DNA of 63,596 bases, filler included, from Collodictyon triciliatum (taxonomy: Eukaryota), in NCBI GenBank assembly GCA_043381765.1. It is 5 parts of 5 records of this genome, joined end to end, with 100 filler letters (N's around TTAATTAATTAA, not from the genome) between each part and the next. Parts side by side here need not be neighbours in the genome. Positions count along the whole stretch, not along the records: positions 28,693 to 48,716 come from JBHJMP010001267.1; positions 48,817 to 55,899 come from JBHJMP010001273.1; positions 56,000 to 63,596 come from JBHJMP010001284.1; 2 more parts are not named here. One strand, written 5' to 3'. The notes under the pieces are model-generated. The model had not been told where the DNA came from. It did no database searches and saw only the letters and a program-made list of their open reading frames with translations. A program made the translations under genes and the position numbers. This document shows positions 45,641-58,488 of this stretch, piece after piece; within the stretch, counting starts at the first letter, position 1, and each line of letters begins with the position of its first letter.

Positions 45641-48600
45641 TCAAGCGCGCTCCATATCCTTTCGATATTCACGGAGCACTACGGGGACTGATGTAGGCGG
45701 AAGCATCCCAACTTCAGAGATGACCATCGTAACAAAATCCATGGGTGTGACATCATACTTGAGATTTAATATCTGTCCATTGTATCTTGATTAGAAATGC
45801 TGAGAATCAGAGAGAATAGGTATCCTTTCGATTATGTAAAAAGTACGCGAAGATGTTCCATATCTTTCCACTTAGAAAGCATGCTGGTTTCGTTTCCTGT
45901 TTTCGCTATGTCGTTTGCATCTCCTATGAATATAATAAACTCAATCAGTGAACTAGATATGCAGTATCTGGTTCACCAGACCACTCATAAACAATGCCAC
46001 ATTTTATTCAGGGGCTAATCACCTAACTCATTCCAACAAATGGAATCAAGCTGCACACGCTCAGAGTATTTGTAAATCTCACAACATACAATAAAAGGAA
46101 CATTAGAGGCTTTTGCTGTCATCGCTACCAAAGACGTTCCAACACGGGAGATACAGTTTCCATTTTGCAGCATGGCATGCGCACCAACAAACACCTTAGT
46201 GACCTGTGAAAAGAAAATGGAAAATATAAGTATTTCTTTGAAAGCATTTATGAATCAGTGTACTCGAAAACGTCGTAAGGTGATTATATATAATCATCTT
46301 TCTTTAAAAAAAAAAAAAAAAAGACAGAGAGAAGCAAAATAGAACGATAGGGTAAAATAAAAATAACCATTTTCATAATGTAAGGGAGGGCATTAATCAA
46401 AATATATGTGGACGCTATGCCAGCCTTTGTAAGTCTGGTGAGCAAATCCTTTCCTGTAATGAGGAAACATAAATACTTCAATTTCGTATATTTATCTATT
46501 TTGTAACACCTTCCAAAGGGATAACATAAGTGAATGTTCGGACATATGCCAGGCTTTCGAAATAAAAAAAAGGTTTGTTAAGCGAGACGTGTTCCTACTT
46601 GAGTTAGACCAGAAAAGGAGCATTATATCATATTTGTATGTCTTAAAAAAAGAAACCCTCCAAAAAGGGTCTCGAATCTGCAACGATGACCCTGAATTTC
46701 TTTCCAGACTGATGCGCCATAATAAGTGTCTCTTCAACAGACGATGAGCTAGAATAATGGGAAAGTGTACATGTAAGTTATATGGGTATTTCTTTTAATA
46801 GAAACATATGGCAACCAATGCCGTAGAAGAAAAAAACCTGCTGTACGTCAGGATGACATCGCCATCCACGATTTTTTCGTTAGCTAATACAGCTATGGCA
46901 TTCAACGGGTGCTGGATGCGTTGGGTGATAAAATTGTCGATCAAACTGATGAGCTGCTCTTTGGACTAGTCGTGCGTGTTTTTGTTTATTAATTTTTGTC
47001 ATCGATTTATTTTATCTTAATTTATTAATTTATTTAATTTTGGATTTATTGACACAGTGGCTTTGTATACAAAATTTCTTATTCCAAAATTGAATGATAT
47101 GCAAAGCAATGATTTTACAATCTCGCATGTAATTCGTAATTCAAAAGAGCAGGGTATTATGTACATCAGTTTTAAATACAAACTGCGTTGTTTCTAAACC
47201 TGCGCTTCAGTCATCGTGGGTGATATTTTGTATATTTTGGCCTTCAACCATGTCACAATATTCCCCATCCCAATGCCAAGGTGTCGACACTCGACCAGAA
47301 ACTGAATCTGGAGCTTCAATTTCTGGTCGATGTCTCGCTTGTAATCCTCATTTGACGGAGTGCTGCTCTCTTGAATAAACTACAATTAGGGCGAAGGAAA
47401 GTTTAGTGATATCATTTCCTATCTTTCTTTCTCATTTAATTTGATTTTTATATTAAAAAAAAAGGACAGAGCGGGACCACATGTAATATGGGCAAGATTT
47501 TTCTTTTTCGTTTTTTTTTTTTCAAAATAATAGCCTCGAAATACGAGAGCGTCCCAAAAAATAAAAAGAAGGATTGATGACGCCGTGAATTCATGTTAAC
47601 TACCTGTCTTATGGATGTCAAAAGTCCGATGCATCGTGCATTAGTCCCCAGGATTTGATGGTTAGCAAGCTGCATCCCGAAGCGGATGACCGCAGGATGG
47701 ATGTCTGTCTTTGAAAAGGCGATACCCAAGGAGAGACCGTTGGTGGACTCATATTGAGGCAAATGAGAAAACAAGGGGACCTGCTTCTTGGACAACTCCC
47801 TCGGAATAATCTAACGCAGTTATTCAATAATATCTTGAGAGACTTCATTGAAGAGATGAAATGATAATATATAGAAGAATAAGGACGAAAGGAAACAGAA
47901 GTAAAGTATGCACAAAACACATCACTAACATTAGGTAGTCAGGATTAAATCATACCTGCTTCTTTGTAATCTTGGCCAATCTCTTTGCATCATCAAACTG
48001 GGCTACGGCCGGAGCAATAACCTGGGCAGCCTTTCTAGGGACGGCAGAAGGTTGCGAAGCAGAAATCACGTCCTTCTCCTTCTCCTTCTCCTTATCTTTG
48101 TCCTTTTCTTTATCTTTGTCTTTTTCTTTGTCTTTTTCTTTGTCTTTTTCTTTGTCTTTTTCTTTGTCTTTTTCTTTGTCTTTTTCTTTGTCAGCCACGC
48201 CGATGCTGGACTTTCGGGAGGCTGCCTTGCGCTCGGGCCGGTCATCGTGCTGCGAGTGGGTGGGTTTCTCGTCAAGTGAATCAGCCAATCCTGCGGCGCG
48301 TTGGGCGCTGTTGTGCGACTGAGCCGCGTGAAGCGCAGCCGTGATGAAAGTGGAGGGCGAAGTGGACAGCGCGTATGCGGCCGACGGGATGGAAGACGGG
48401 TGTCCCGGCGTGGTCGACAGAGAGGTCCCCGGCGATGAAGAGTCGCGTCGCACGTTGAGTGATCGTGAGGCAGGTGAGAAGAAAGTGCCGAACGAGCTGC
48501 TCAGTGAGCCCGGCTGCGAGCCAGAGTGTGACCCCGACTGGGATCCGCTGGAGTTGTGTGCGCTGGGGATGGCGATGCTGTCGCTCTTTTTGAAGGACAT
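45641..48600 (-). CDS. EIF2B4: Translation initiation factor eIF2B subunit delta, 9 exons
   Basis: VPLFSHLPQYE, IHPAVIRFGMQLA..ILGTNARCI, IVDGDVILTY, VADSRPFLEG, GAHAMLQNG..SRVGT, CCEIYKYSERVQLDSI, LKYDVTP...SEVGMLPPTSVPVVLRE. Confidence 0.95.
48070..48192 (-). repeat. Coding 12-bp repeat encoding (KEKD)n in eIF2B-delta exon 1
   Basis: in frame within the 47950-48600 ORF. Confidence 0.9.
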
Positions 48601-48659
48601 TCGCTTCTGCGTGCGTTTGTTTTTTTTTTTGTTTTTTTGTTTTTTTGTTTTTTGTTTTT

Positions 48660-48716
<57 letters not shown>

Positions 48717-48816
48717 NNNNNNNNNNNNNNNNNNNNNNNNNNNNNNNNNNNNNNNNNNNNTTAATTAATTAANNNNNNNNNNNNNNNNNNNNNNNNNNNN
48801 NNNNNNNNNNNNNNNN
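48717..48816. other. Assembly gap with artificial linker
   Basis: 44 N + TTAATTAATTAA + 44 N. Confidence 0.97.
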
Positions 48817-50862
48817 TGTTTTTTTTTTTTTGTTTTTTGTTTTTTGTTTTTGTTTTTTGTTTTTTGTTTTTTGTTTTTTGTTTTTTGTTTTTTATTTTCT
48901 TCTTTTTTTTCTGTTATTTGGTAGATTTCTTACCTGGATCAACGTAGCTCATATTCTGAAAGCTCTGTCTGCCAACATAATAAGGTCAGTGTGAGAAAGG
49001 CTTCTGAGAGGAGGAACTCATTCAAATCAAAGCTCCAGTCGTTAGTAGGCAAGCAGAAGAGCACGAAGAGCAACAACTCAGAAAATGAGAAAATGGAGCT
49101 TTCCATAAGCCAATACAAAACAAAAACAACAAAACAAAACTAAACATGAACTCAAGCGAGAACACTGATTCCGCCTCGGCAGGAAGTCTGCGTCTGTGGC
49201 ATTCTCCACCACTCATATGCGTGGATGCGAGTTGCATAAAACTCTTATATGAGGCCCTTAATTGAGAGAACACCACGCGCACCACAGCTCTGCCACAGAC
49301 CACGAGTGTTTTCTCTGAGCAGATCAATTGATTGGACGCTTTGAAAAAGCAAAAGACATCAAAAAAAGAAGAATATGCTTGAATTATGCCGCGTGGACAC
49401 GCAAAAACACTGGTTGAATGAACAAATATGGACAGGGATTGGAATGTATCTTATAACACTATAGTACCAATATATTAATATCTTTGAAGTTCTTTTTTGT
49501 TCTAAATCAGCTCAAGTGTGCAATTTATGTATAAAATTAATATGTTCCACATATGAATACCCGAGCTCGCTTTGGGAAATATTTTTTTTGTTGTTGTGGA
49601 ATCACAACACAAGAAACAGTAACAAAGATATGGCGCAAGCAGGGATTAGATATACGACGTGGATGGCTTCGCATCACCAATATGGCGCATCCACATTTAT
49701 CTCTCAGACACAAGATGCAGCCTTCGCGGCTTGCATTTAACAGCTCTTGGCACGGTTGTGCGCGAACAAAATATATCTTGTGTGGAAATGCCTTTTAAGA
49801 GGAACAAACAGCGATGCCTTAGGCGCCACACAAACCAATCCCCTGGAAAACTTGTTGCCATCACTTTTCTTCGTATGGAACCATGGGTTCAGCATTATCG
49901 TCGTTTTAATGCATTCGCGGAGCTACTTTGCGCAAAATTACTGGCTATTTCTCTCCGGAAAGCCATCAAAGAAAGAGTCCATGTAATCCTAGCGCTCGTA
50001 GGTGATGCTTAACTAACCAATGCAGTAGTTAAAAGGGGTTAGAAAACCAGACATCGGCATTATTTACAACACATCGCAGCTCTTTTCATAATGAAAAAAG
50101 CACCTTAATTTCCATGCAAGATTGTCTCTAATAATCGATTGCACATGGCGGCAGGCATCTTGGACACTAAGCGCACCATCAACGAGAATTCTCTTTCGGC
50201 AGCGGGGTCTGAGAGTCGAGTTGGTTTCGTGGGTTATTTTTGAACATGCCTTATCTCGCTTCACAGCACATACGAATCTTGTAGATCCTGCCACCCATTT
50301 GCAAAATGCGATGCACCATGATCAATTATCTTTCCCACAGGTTTGCATCTGTCATCCTCGAGCAGTTTCTGAGAGACACATCCACACCCGAGACACGAAC
50401 TCCTTCAGCAGATGAAAACCCACGGAGATGTCAATGACGCCCTCCAAAACCGCCGGATGTGCGGCCCAAATCCATAGCGACGAGCCGAAGCCTTCCTTAA
50501 CAAACGACACAGACACAAGAGAAATCGAGCCTCCTTCACAGGAAGCACAAAACCTGAAATATAGAGCGTGCATGCAGTTTTGGGGCGATCAATTATTTCC
50601 TTCATACCAAAAAGAAAGCAATCACTTGCCAAAGAAGCCTTTTTCGATTGAACACGGGCAGCGCAAATCGGCCACCAACCACTTTGCTGGGAGTGCGTTG
50701 CGCCCGGCGCTGATCATCCAATCCAGGTCAAAGCGGTCGCCTGCTGTCATGCGGATCTCTTCTTCATGCGCACTTTGTACTCTCTTTTTTTTTTTTCCCT
50801 TTCTTTCTTCTCTTTCTGTCTTAGAAGCCCCACGTTCTCAGGATACGCCAGAGTCGACAGGG

Positions 50863-53800
50863 ATGGCCTTCAAGAAAAAGAAGGGCAAGGAGCCTGAAAT
50901 GCCAGCGATCGAGGTTTGCTTTGTGCCACATCTTTCGTTCCTTTCTGTGCTTTCGCTTGTGTGGCTGTTTGACTCTCCTGCGACCACCTGATAAACACTT
51001 TGCTGGTCTATGTTATCCTCAGACGGATGTGATGGAGGGCCTCAAGCGCATCTACAAAGAAAAGATGCTTCCTCTCGAGAAGGACTACAAGTTTGCAGAC
51101 TTCCACTCGCCCCTCCTTCGCGACTCGGATCTTGAGGCAAAGCCCATGGTTTGTGCCCTGCGCTTCTTCTGCCTATTTTCTTTAATATCCAAAGATCATC
51201 TACTACCCAAGGATTTATATTTATACATTTCGACAGCCTATTTAAACTGCTTTCCCGACGGTTGTTTCTTAATATTGCGCAGATTTTGTTGATGGGACAA
51301 TACTCCGTGGGTAAAACGTCATTCATTCGGTATTGTATTGACAGGTTTGTTCTTGCGACTTTCTTCTAACTGTTTATACAATCTCTCGATTATTTTACAC
51401 TTTCTGGTTAGACGTAGCACCTGAAAATCTCGCGATATCTCCCTCACTGCTTTCATTAGTTTTCGATTTCGTCATTGGAAAACAATACTCTTCACGAGTA
51501 CCTGTATCCCAGTAAAGGCTAACCGATATACTTTCCATTGCTGAATATAGAGATTTCCCAGGCATCCGTATTGGCCCTGAGCCAACCACCGACCGTTTCA
51601 TCGCAGTCATGCACGGACCAGAAGAAATGTGCATACCCGGAAATGCATTATCCATTCAACAGGACAAACCATTCACATCCTTGACAAAGTTCGGATCAGG
51701 TTTGGGCACCTGTCTATTTTTCTATTGCAAATATAAATATATATTTACGTATTTTGTCTCTTGATATTAATTTGAAAATGCAATATCATGATTTCACAAC
51801 GAGAAATTCATATCATGTAGTCACGAGAAGCAATAAATTATTATCATACACCTCCTTTATCTTTGAATCTAAAATTTATATTTAACGGTCTATCGTAATT
51901 TATCACTTCTCATTGACTAAAAATACCATGAAAAAGGGTTCCTCAACAAATTTGAAGCTTCTGAGTGTCCCGCACCCATGCTTGAGAAAGTAACCTTTAT
52001 CGACACTCCTGGAGTTTTGTCCGGTGAGAAACAACGTATCGGACGCGCTTATGAATTCTCAAACGTCGTTCAATGGTTTGCAGAGGTTAGTCAATATTTT
52101 CACAATGATTTACTATATTAGATTTGATATTTGGGCTTTTCAAATACAAATGCTTGTTTCATGCAGTTTATCATTTCATATCCACCTCCAACATCCCCAC
52201 GATCACATCAACGCTCCTGGTATCAAAAAAATTATCAATTCCCTCATATATTCATTCTAGCACTCACATGAAATGATTTTAGCGCTGCGACATTATTTTG
52301 CTTCTTTTCGACGCTCACAAACTTGATATATCGGATGAATTCAAAGGAGTAATCGAAATACTCAAAGGTGCGAATTTCAATCGTACTTCATTTCAGTCTT
52401 CATTAATCATGTGCATGAATCAATCTATTTCTAGAAAACAAATGAACTTTTGACAGAATGAATTTATTGAGAATACTCTATGAAACCAAGTACATGGAAA
52501 TTTCAATCGTACTTTTTGTAGGACATGAGGAGAAAATCAGAATTGTGCTTAATAAAGCAGATATGATTAATACACAGCAACTTATGCGGGTTTACGGAGC
52601 TTTGATGTGGTCTCTTGGAAAAATCGTGCGAAATCCTGAAGTGATGCGCGTGTACATCGGCTCATTCTGGGATCAACCTTTGCACAATGAGGAGAATGCT
52701 GTAGGATTCATTTTTCTCTGAAAGTATGCAAAGTCGGCATTTAGACAAACTAGAAAAGAGGAATCTTGAAAATCTAATATGTTTCAAATTTTCTTGCATT
52801 AGACCCTTTTTGAAGCCGAGGAGCACGATCTTTTCAAAGACATTCGCTCACTTCCTCGCTTTGCCACTATCAGAAAGGTTTACTTTTGTATTTTACTGAA
52901 AATAAACTACAACTCTAATAATGGCACTCGTTGTATGAAAACTATGCCAATGCTTAAGCTTATGCACCCTCCTCCTCCCCAAAGAAAGAAACCACAATAT
53001 TGTTCGAGAGTGATATGTAATATCTCGTACTTTTGCTTGCAGGTCAATGAACTGGTGAAAAGGGCTCGCGTGTTAAAATTACATGTCAACATCATCGATA
53101 AACTCAGAGCAGAAATGCCCAGTTTGATTGGAAAGAAAAAGAAACAGTCTCAACTCATCGAGAATATGGATGAGGAGTTTGACCGGTTCGCTCAGGTAAA
53201 CATTCTCCTTTTTGTTTTCAGTTTCCATTCTGGGAGTTGCTTATCCCCAAAGGTCAAGAATATTCTGAGTGATTATTACTATCTCAATAGGGTAACCGCA
53301 TCCCAAAGAGCGACCTTCCAAATATCGAGAAGTTCAAGACAGCTTTGAGAGATTTTGACCTCAGCAAGTTTCCAAAACTGAATCCCAAATTAATTGAGTC
53401 CATGGACGAGGTAAGGCATACAAATTTCTTTCCATTCTGCACCTCGTCTTTTATTTAGTTCGGCTTGCATTTAAAGCACATGAAAACGAAAAATCGGTAC
53501 AAGAGGAGAAATTGTGTTCAAGGCACCATACCTACCATTCTTTCCTCTATCCATTTATCTGTCGTCTAGATTCTGGCCAGCGATATCCCACGACTCATGA
53601 AGCAATTAGCACCAGAGACAAGTAATCTTTTCTCCACTTTGACTCTTTTTTTTTTTTGTTGATAAAAGTAAATTTAATCATATCTTCTCGATTCTATTTT
53701 TAGAGCCTGTTCAAGACACATCAAATCCTTTTGCTGATACGAACCCGCTGAACTGGGTTGTTACCGAAGACAAGAAGGCTCAATATGACGCCAAATTCCG

Positions 53801-54336
53801 AACCTTGGGTCCGTCTGCGAACAAGGTGTCTGGTGCCCAAGTAACTTTCATTCAATTTATTCCCTTTAATACTCTAAATTAAAAAACAAAAGAAGTACCA
53901 CCGCCACAAGTACAGACAAAGAAAGTATCCTTTCTTCTTTCTTTCCCTTTTCCTGTCCCCTTTTTTTTTTTTTTTTTTTTTGAGAAATATTAATTAATAT
54001 TTTATGAAAGAATCTACCTTTGTCTCTTTTTTTCTTTGAAAGCATGAGCAAATTCACGATAATGTATTTTCCCAAAAGGAGAGAAACATGAAGTGAAGAA
54101 GAATACATTCACCATTCTTTTAGGCTCGCAAAGTGATGGTTGAGTCAGGTCTCTCGAACGAAACCCTGCGCGTGATATGGACATTGGCCGATATCGACAA
54201 GGACGGAAGCCTGGACACATGGGAGTTTGCCTTGGCGATGCATCTGATCGATACAAAGGTTGCAGACCCCGAGTACAAGTTGCCATCCACGCTTCCCACT
54301 GAGATGATTCCGCCGCCAAAGCGTCTGTTCGACTGA
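50863..54336 (+). CDS. EHD1: EH-domain-containing ATPase (EHD1 / RME-1 family), 13 exons
   Basis: P-loop GQYSVGKTSFI, IGPEPTTDRF, DTPGVLSGEKQR, FDAHKLDISDEF, LNKAD..QQLMRVYGALMWSLGK, C-terminal EH domain IWTLADIDKDGSLD.EFALAMHL. Confidence 0.96.
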
Positions 54337-55284
54337 GGAAAAGGACTCACTGTGGTATGAAAAGGAAAGAGAGCAAATGACATAAACATCAGAGAATCCT
54401 GTGCACGCCGATGACATTCAGGATTTTGTGATGAATTACTCTCCCTCGAGCCAAAACCTCCTTTTGACGAACAATAAAATATGGAGTTGATTGCTTTTTG
54501 GCGAGTGCTTGTGCCCACCATATGTGCACACGCTGTATTTCCTTCGTGTGTATTCTCCTCAGCGATGCGTTGAGTTCGAACGAGCTGTTCTTATCTTAAA
54601 TAGCTTCGATATTCATCCAAGTTTGTGATTTCTGCTTCACCAGTTATTCATACGCACGTGTTTGTATAATGCGCACCCATGTCCATCTCCCGAGTCACAT
54701 CTCCAAGACGAAGCGAACACACCAGCTTTTTTTTTTCTTTTAGGCAAGCACGCCGATTTTATAAAGACAAACTCTGTCCCCGATGAGGCCTCCCGGCCAA
54801 AACCGAGGGCAGAAAAGCCGACTCATCCGGCTGGGCATTCGCACCAATCGACTTTTATCCGCTCGCTCGCTCGCTCGTTTCTTTTCTTTTTTTTTTTGGC
54901 AGGCCAACAGAAAACGGCAGAAGGCGGTCGCATTCCACACATGACAGGCGCGTGCAAAAAGCGAGAAAACACAAAGCCACATGCCATCCCCTGCAACCAT
55001 ACCATTTACGGACCAACCTTTTGCCTTTCGTCTCATTCCATCGCCCTGATTCGATCGCATCGAACTTTGATCGGCAGAGTCGGCCGGACACACGCAAGGC
55101 AGAGCAGAGACTTTGGCACGAGAGTGCGGGGAAAGCAAACAACTGCAGTGGAGAAGACACGAATCCGACTTTATTCTGAGGTGCTTAGCTTTTTTCTTTG
55201 TTTTTTTTCTTTGTTTTTTTTGTGTGTTGCAATCGGACTCCGTAGGTTTCGAACGGACTCCCAGACGCGCCTGCTTGACAGACG

Positions 55285-55749
55285 ATGGCGATTCTTCCGA
55301 GCCGCACCGGGTTTTCAATCAACATAGACAATGATGAAGGCGACCGTCGTGGTGTGCGGTATGTTGCGCTGGATTGAATCAGTCCTTTTTTTTTTTTATT
55401 CTGTCGTGTAGTTTTCTTCCTTTTTTTTCTTTCTTTTTTTCTTTTTTTTGTTTTCTTTTTCTGATGTTACTCTCAAAAAGAACGCCGTGCAAGCGCAGTG
55501 ACAGCTCCGCAGATTGAGTCACACCTGTTTTGCACTCTAGGAGCCTCAGCTACCAGCAGTCAGCCTTCCGCACTTCCCCGTCGATTTCTGAGTCCAAAGT
55601 CGGAGTCTCCAGAAAGGCCGGTGCCCAGTCGTACGGCGCAACTGCAAACTCGGCTGCAAACACGCCCACAGCAAAGCCTGCACAACAGAGTCCCACACAC
55701 CAGATCGAGCCGGCATTGGCGGGTCCTTCTCGACCCTCAGATATTCATC
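55285..55749 (+). CDS. First two exons of an unknown protein, truncated by the gap
   Basis: Exons 55285-55358 and 55541-55749 with GT-AG junctions splice to MAILPSRTGFSINIDNDEGDRRGVR|SLSYQQSAF...QSYGAT...; looks like a disordered N-terminus. Confidence 0.5.
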
Positions 55750-55756
55750 GTATGCC

Positions 55757-56255
<499 letters not shown>

Positions 56256-56824
56256 AAATTCTTCTGGAAAGTCGCAGCACGCAGCTTCTCGAACCAAAAG
56301 GCACAAAGCTATTTGCCTCTGTGCTGACGAGGCATATCGAATATCTCCCATGTAACTCGCACTCGTGTCCAGAGTCTGAGCCTCGCCAGGCTTGCTTGTT
56401 TTCCGCTCGTTGGGTCGCCCACAGCCTCTTGTGGTTGCACCAGCCTGCAGGTAGCGGATGCGAATGAAGATCGGCGGCCTGATGGATCCAAGCGGAATGC
56501 GTAGGTGCGGCTGGAAGATACAGTCAGAATCTCCCCGTATGGAATATTTGGGATTGTTCTAAATCCCGACTAGAATAAAAATTCCTCTTCTGGAGTTTAT
56601 TTTTGCCGCCACACATCCGCTATCGTCAGCTATGAACCCTAGGGCGCAGCCACCTTTCTGTTTTTGCGTGTTGTCGATGGTGCATGATTGAGGAATATCA
56701 GCTAGATACAAACTACCTCAAATTATTTTCATCAATTCTTTTTGCGTGAGTTTATTTTAATCTCCTTTTTGTGACCATTGGAGCTAAAAATAATTTCTTT
56801 TTATTTTTTTACATAGTTTCTTGC

Positions 56825-58488
56825 TTAAGAGGAGGCAAAGCAGAGGAAACCGTCTTCACCCCAAGGATAAGGGATGAGATGGAGGCGGGACAATGGGAAA
56901 CCTGCGTGTTGCGCGGTTTCGTTTTTGTGATTCGTAAGGAGGAAAAGGGAAAAGATGGGAAGAGGACGAAACTAAAAAAAGAAGAAAGAGGGGCGAGTCG
57001 CGTGATGGAAAGTAGAAAAAGTAGAGCGATGCCTATCAATTAAGACAACGCACACTTTTCATGCTTTGCCTTAATACCAGCTGGTTTACTATTGGCATTT
57101 TCTTTCGCTGTTGGGTGAAATGTAGGAAGTTGTGAAATCTGCTTTTTTATTTCAAATAGATTCGTTTAGCAATATGAAAATGTCCAAAGTTAATAATGAA
57201 AAGCGATAACAGGAGTAACTTTTGGGCGAAAGACGACTTCCAAAATAGCTTCAATATTTGCGTTCTATCTTACGCGATTGTTTCTTGCATCCAATACTTC
57301 AAGGCAACAGAGTTGGTTGATAGTGACAGGAATATTGCTTAGCTGGGATGCAAAATAGAGATACTTCGTTAGCCTTACCGTATGAGCGCGCACACAATAT
57401 CACTTAAGCATAGTAAATAATTTTGAGACTAGTTTTCATCTTACCTTGTTGAACGAAATATCCAGCATCACTAGCGAAGTAATGAGGAAAACAGCTTCAG
57501 GAAACTCTGTAAGCTATTTCATGCAGACAATAATTAACATACGAGCTAAATCAAACTGGATGGGAGAATAATACTTGGTTATTTCCAAGACACAAAGAAG
57601 TTAGGTTTTGCAAGAGTGAAATGCTCTCTGGAAGTCTGGTTAAACTCATCCCGTAAAGAGACAATGACTGGAACCTCATTTGCTCCTCGCTTGGAGTCCA
57701 CGCTGGGTGTGCTATTGTATCTATCTGTATGCGCATATGATGAGACTATTTCAAGAACATTTCTGAAGAAACATACGTTACTTACGGTTTCGTAGAGTTG
57801 CAGGGTGCGGACGTGTTCGTAATCTGAATATTTTGTATGGTTCCAGCAGGGAAGACTTGTGATGCCACGTGGTGCTCTCTTTATGGTCTGTGTATCACTA
57901 TTTTTTATCCAGAGCGTTCGCAGATTCGTGAGCGCTGTGATTTGTGGTGGAAGCTCCTCCATCTGCATGAATTGTTGTGAACCACTTCATCCTTCAATAT
58001 GTATCGAAAAATTGAATAAAAAATGAATTAGAACAGACCGGATTTGCATAGACACCAAGGTAAGTAAGACCTGTCAAACAAGATATTTGTGGAGGCAGCA
58101 ACGACAGCTGATTACGGTAAATATCAAGACTTATGAGACCAGTCAAGCACGATATCTCTGGTGGCAGCAATGACAGCTCATTATTTTGAACACCGAGTAA
58201 TGTGAGACCAGTCAAGCACGATATTTCTGGTGGCAGTGACGACAACTCATTACTTTGAACACCAAGTAATGTGAGACCAGTCAAGCGCGATATATCCGGT
58301 GGAAGTAATGACAGCCGATTACGATAAAGATACAATTCTTTCAGACAACTCAACAAGAAAACGCCACGCGGCAAATATTCTAGCTCTTCGCATCGGAGAT
58401 CCAGACTTGTGGAGCTTTCTAGAGAGACGACGTCACCTATACCAACAATATCACGAAGCTCTTCCAAAAGCGCAGCCTCGTCGGCCAT
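56825..58488 (-). CDS. Leucine-rich repeat protein (LRR-A); last exon uncertain
   Basis: 23-aa repeats LxxLxLxxNxLxxLPxxI; exons 58488-58039, 57962-57786, 57745-57575, 57513-57445, 57342-57274, then a short tail. Confidence 0.88.
58057..58330 (-). repeat. 69-bp coding tandem repeat (about 4 units)
   Basis: gagaccagtcaagc recurs at 58135, 58204 and 58273 (69-bp period), with a diverged copy near 58066. Confidence 0.9.

Noticed and set aside
49516-50632. Several overlapping short ORFs upstream of EHD
   Set aside because: No consistent spliced frame or recognisable domain on either strand.
53925-53933. GTATCCTTT in EHD
   Set aside because: It is internal to an intron whose upstream gtaact donor already gives the right frame, and an in-frame stop precedes it.
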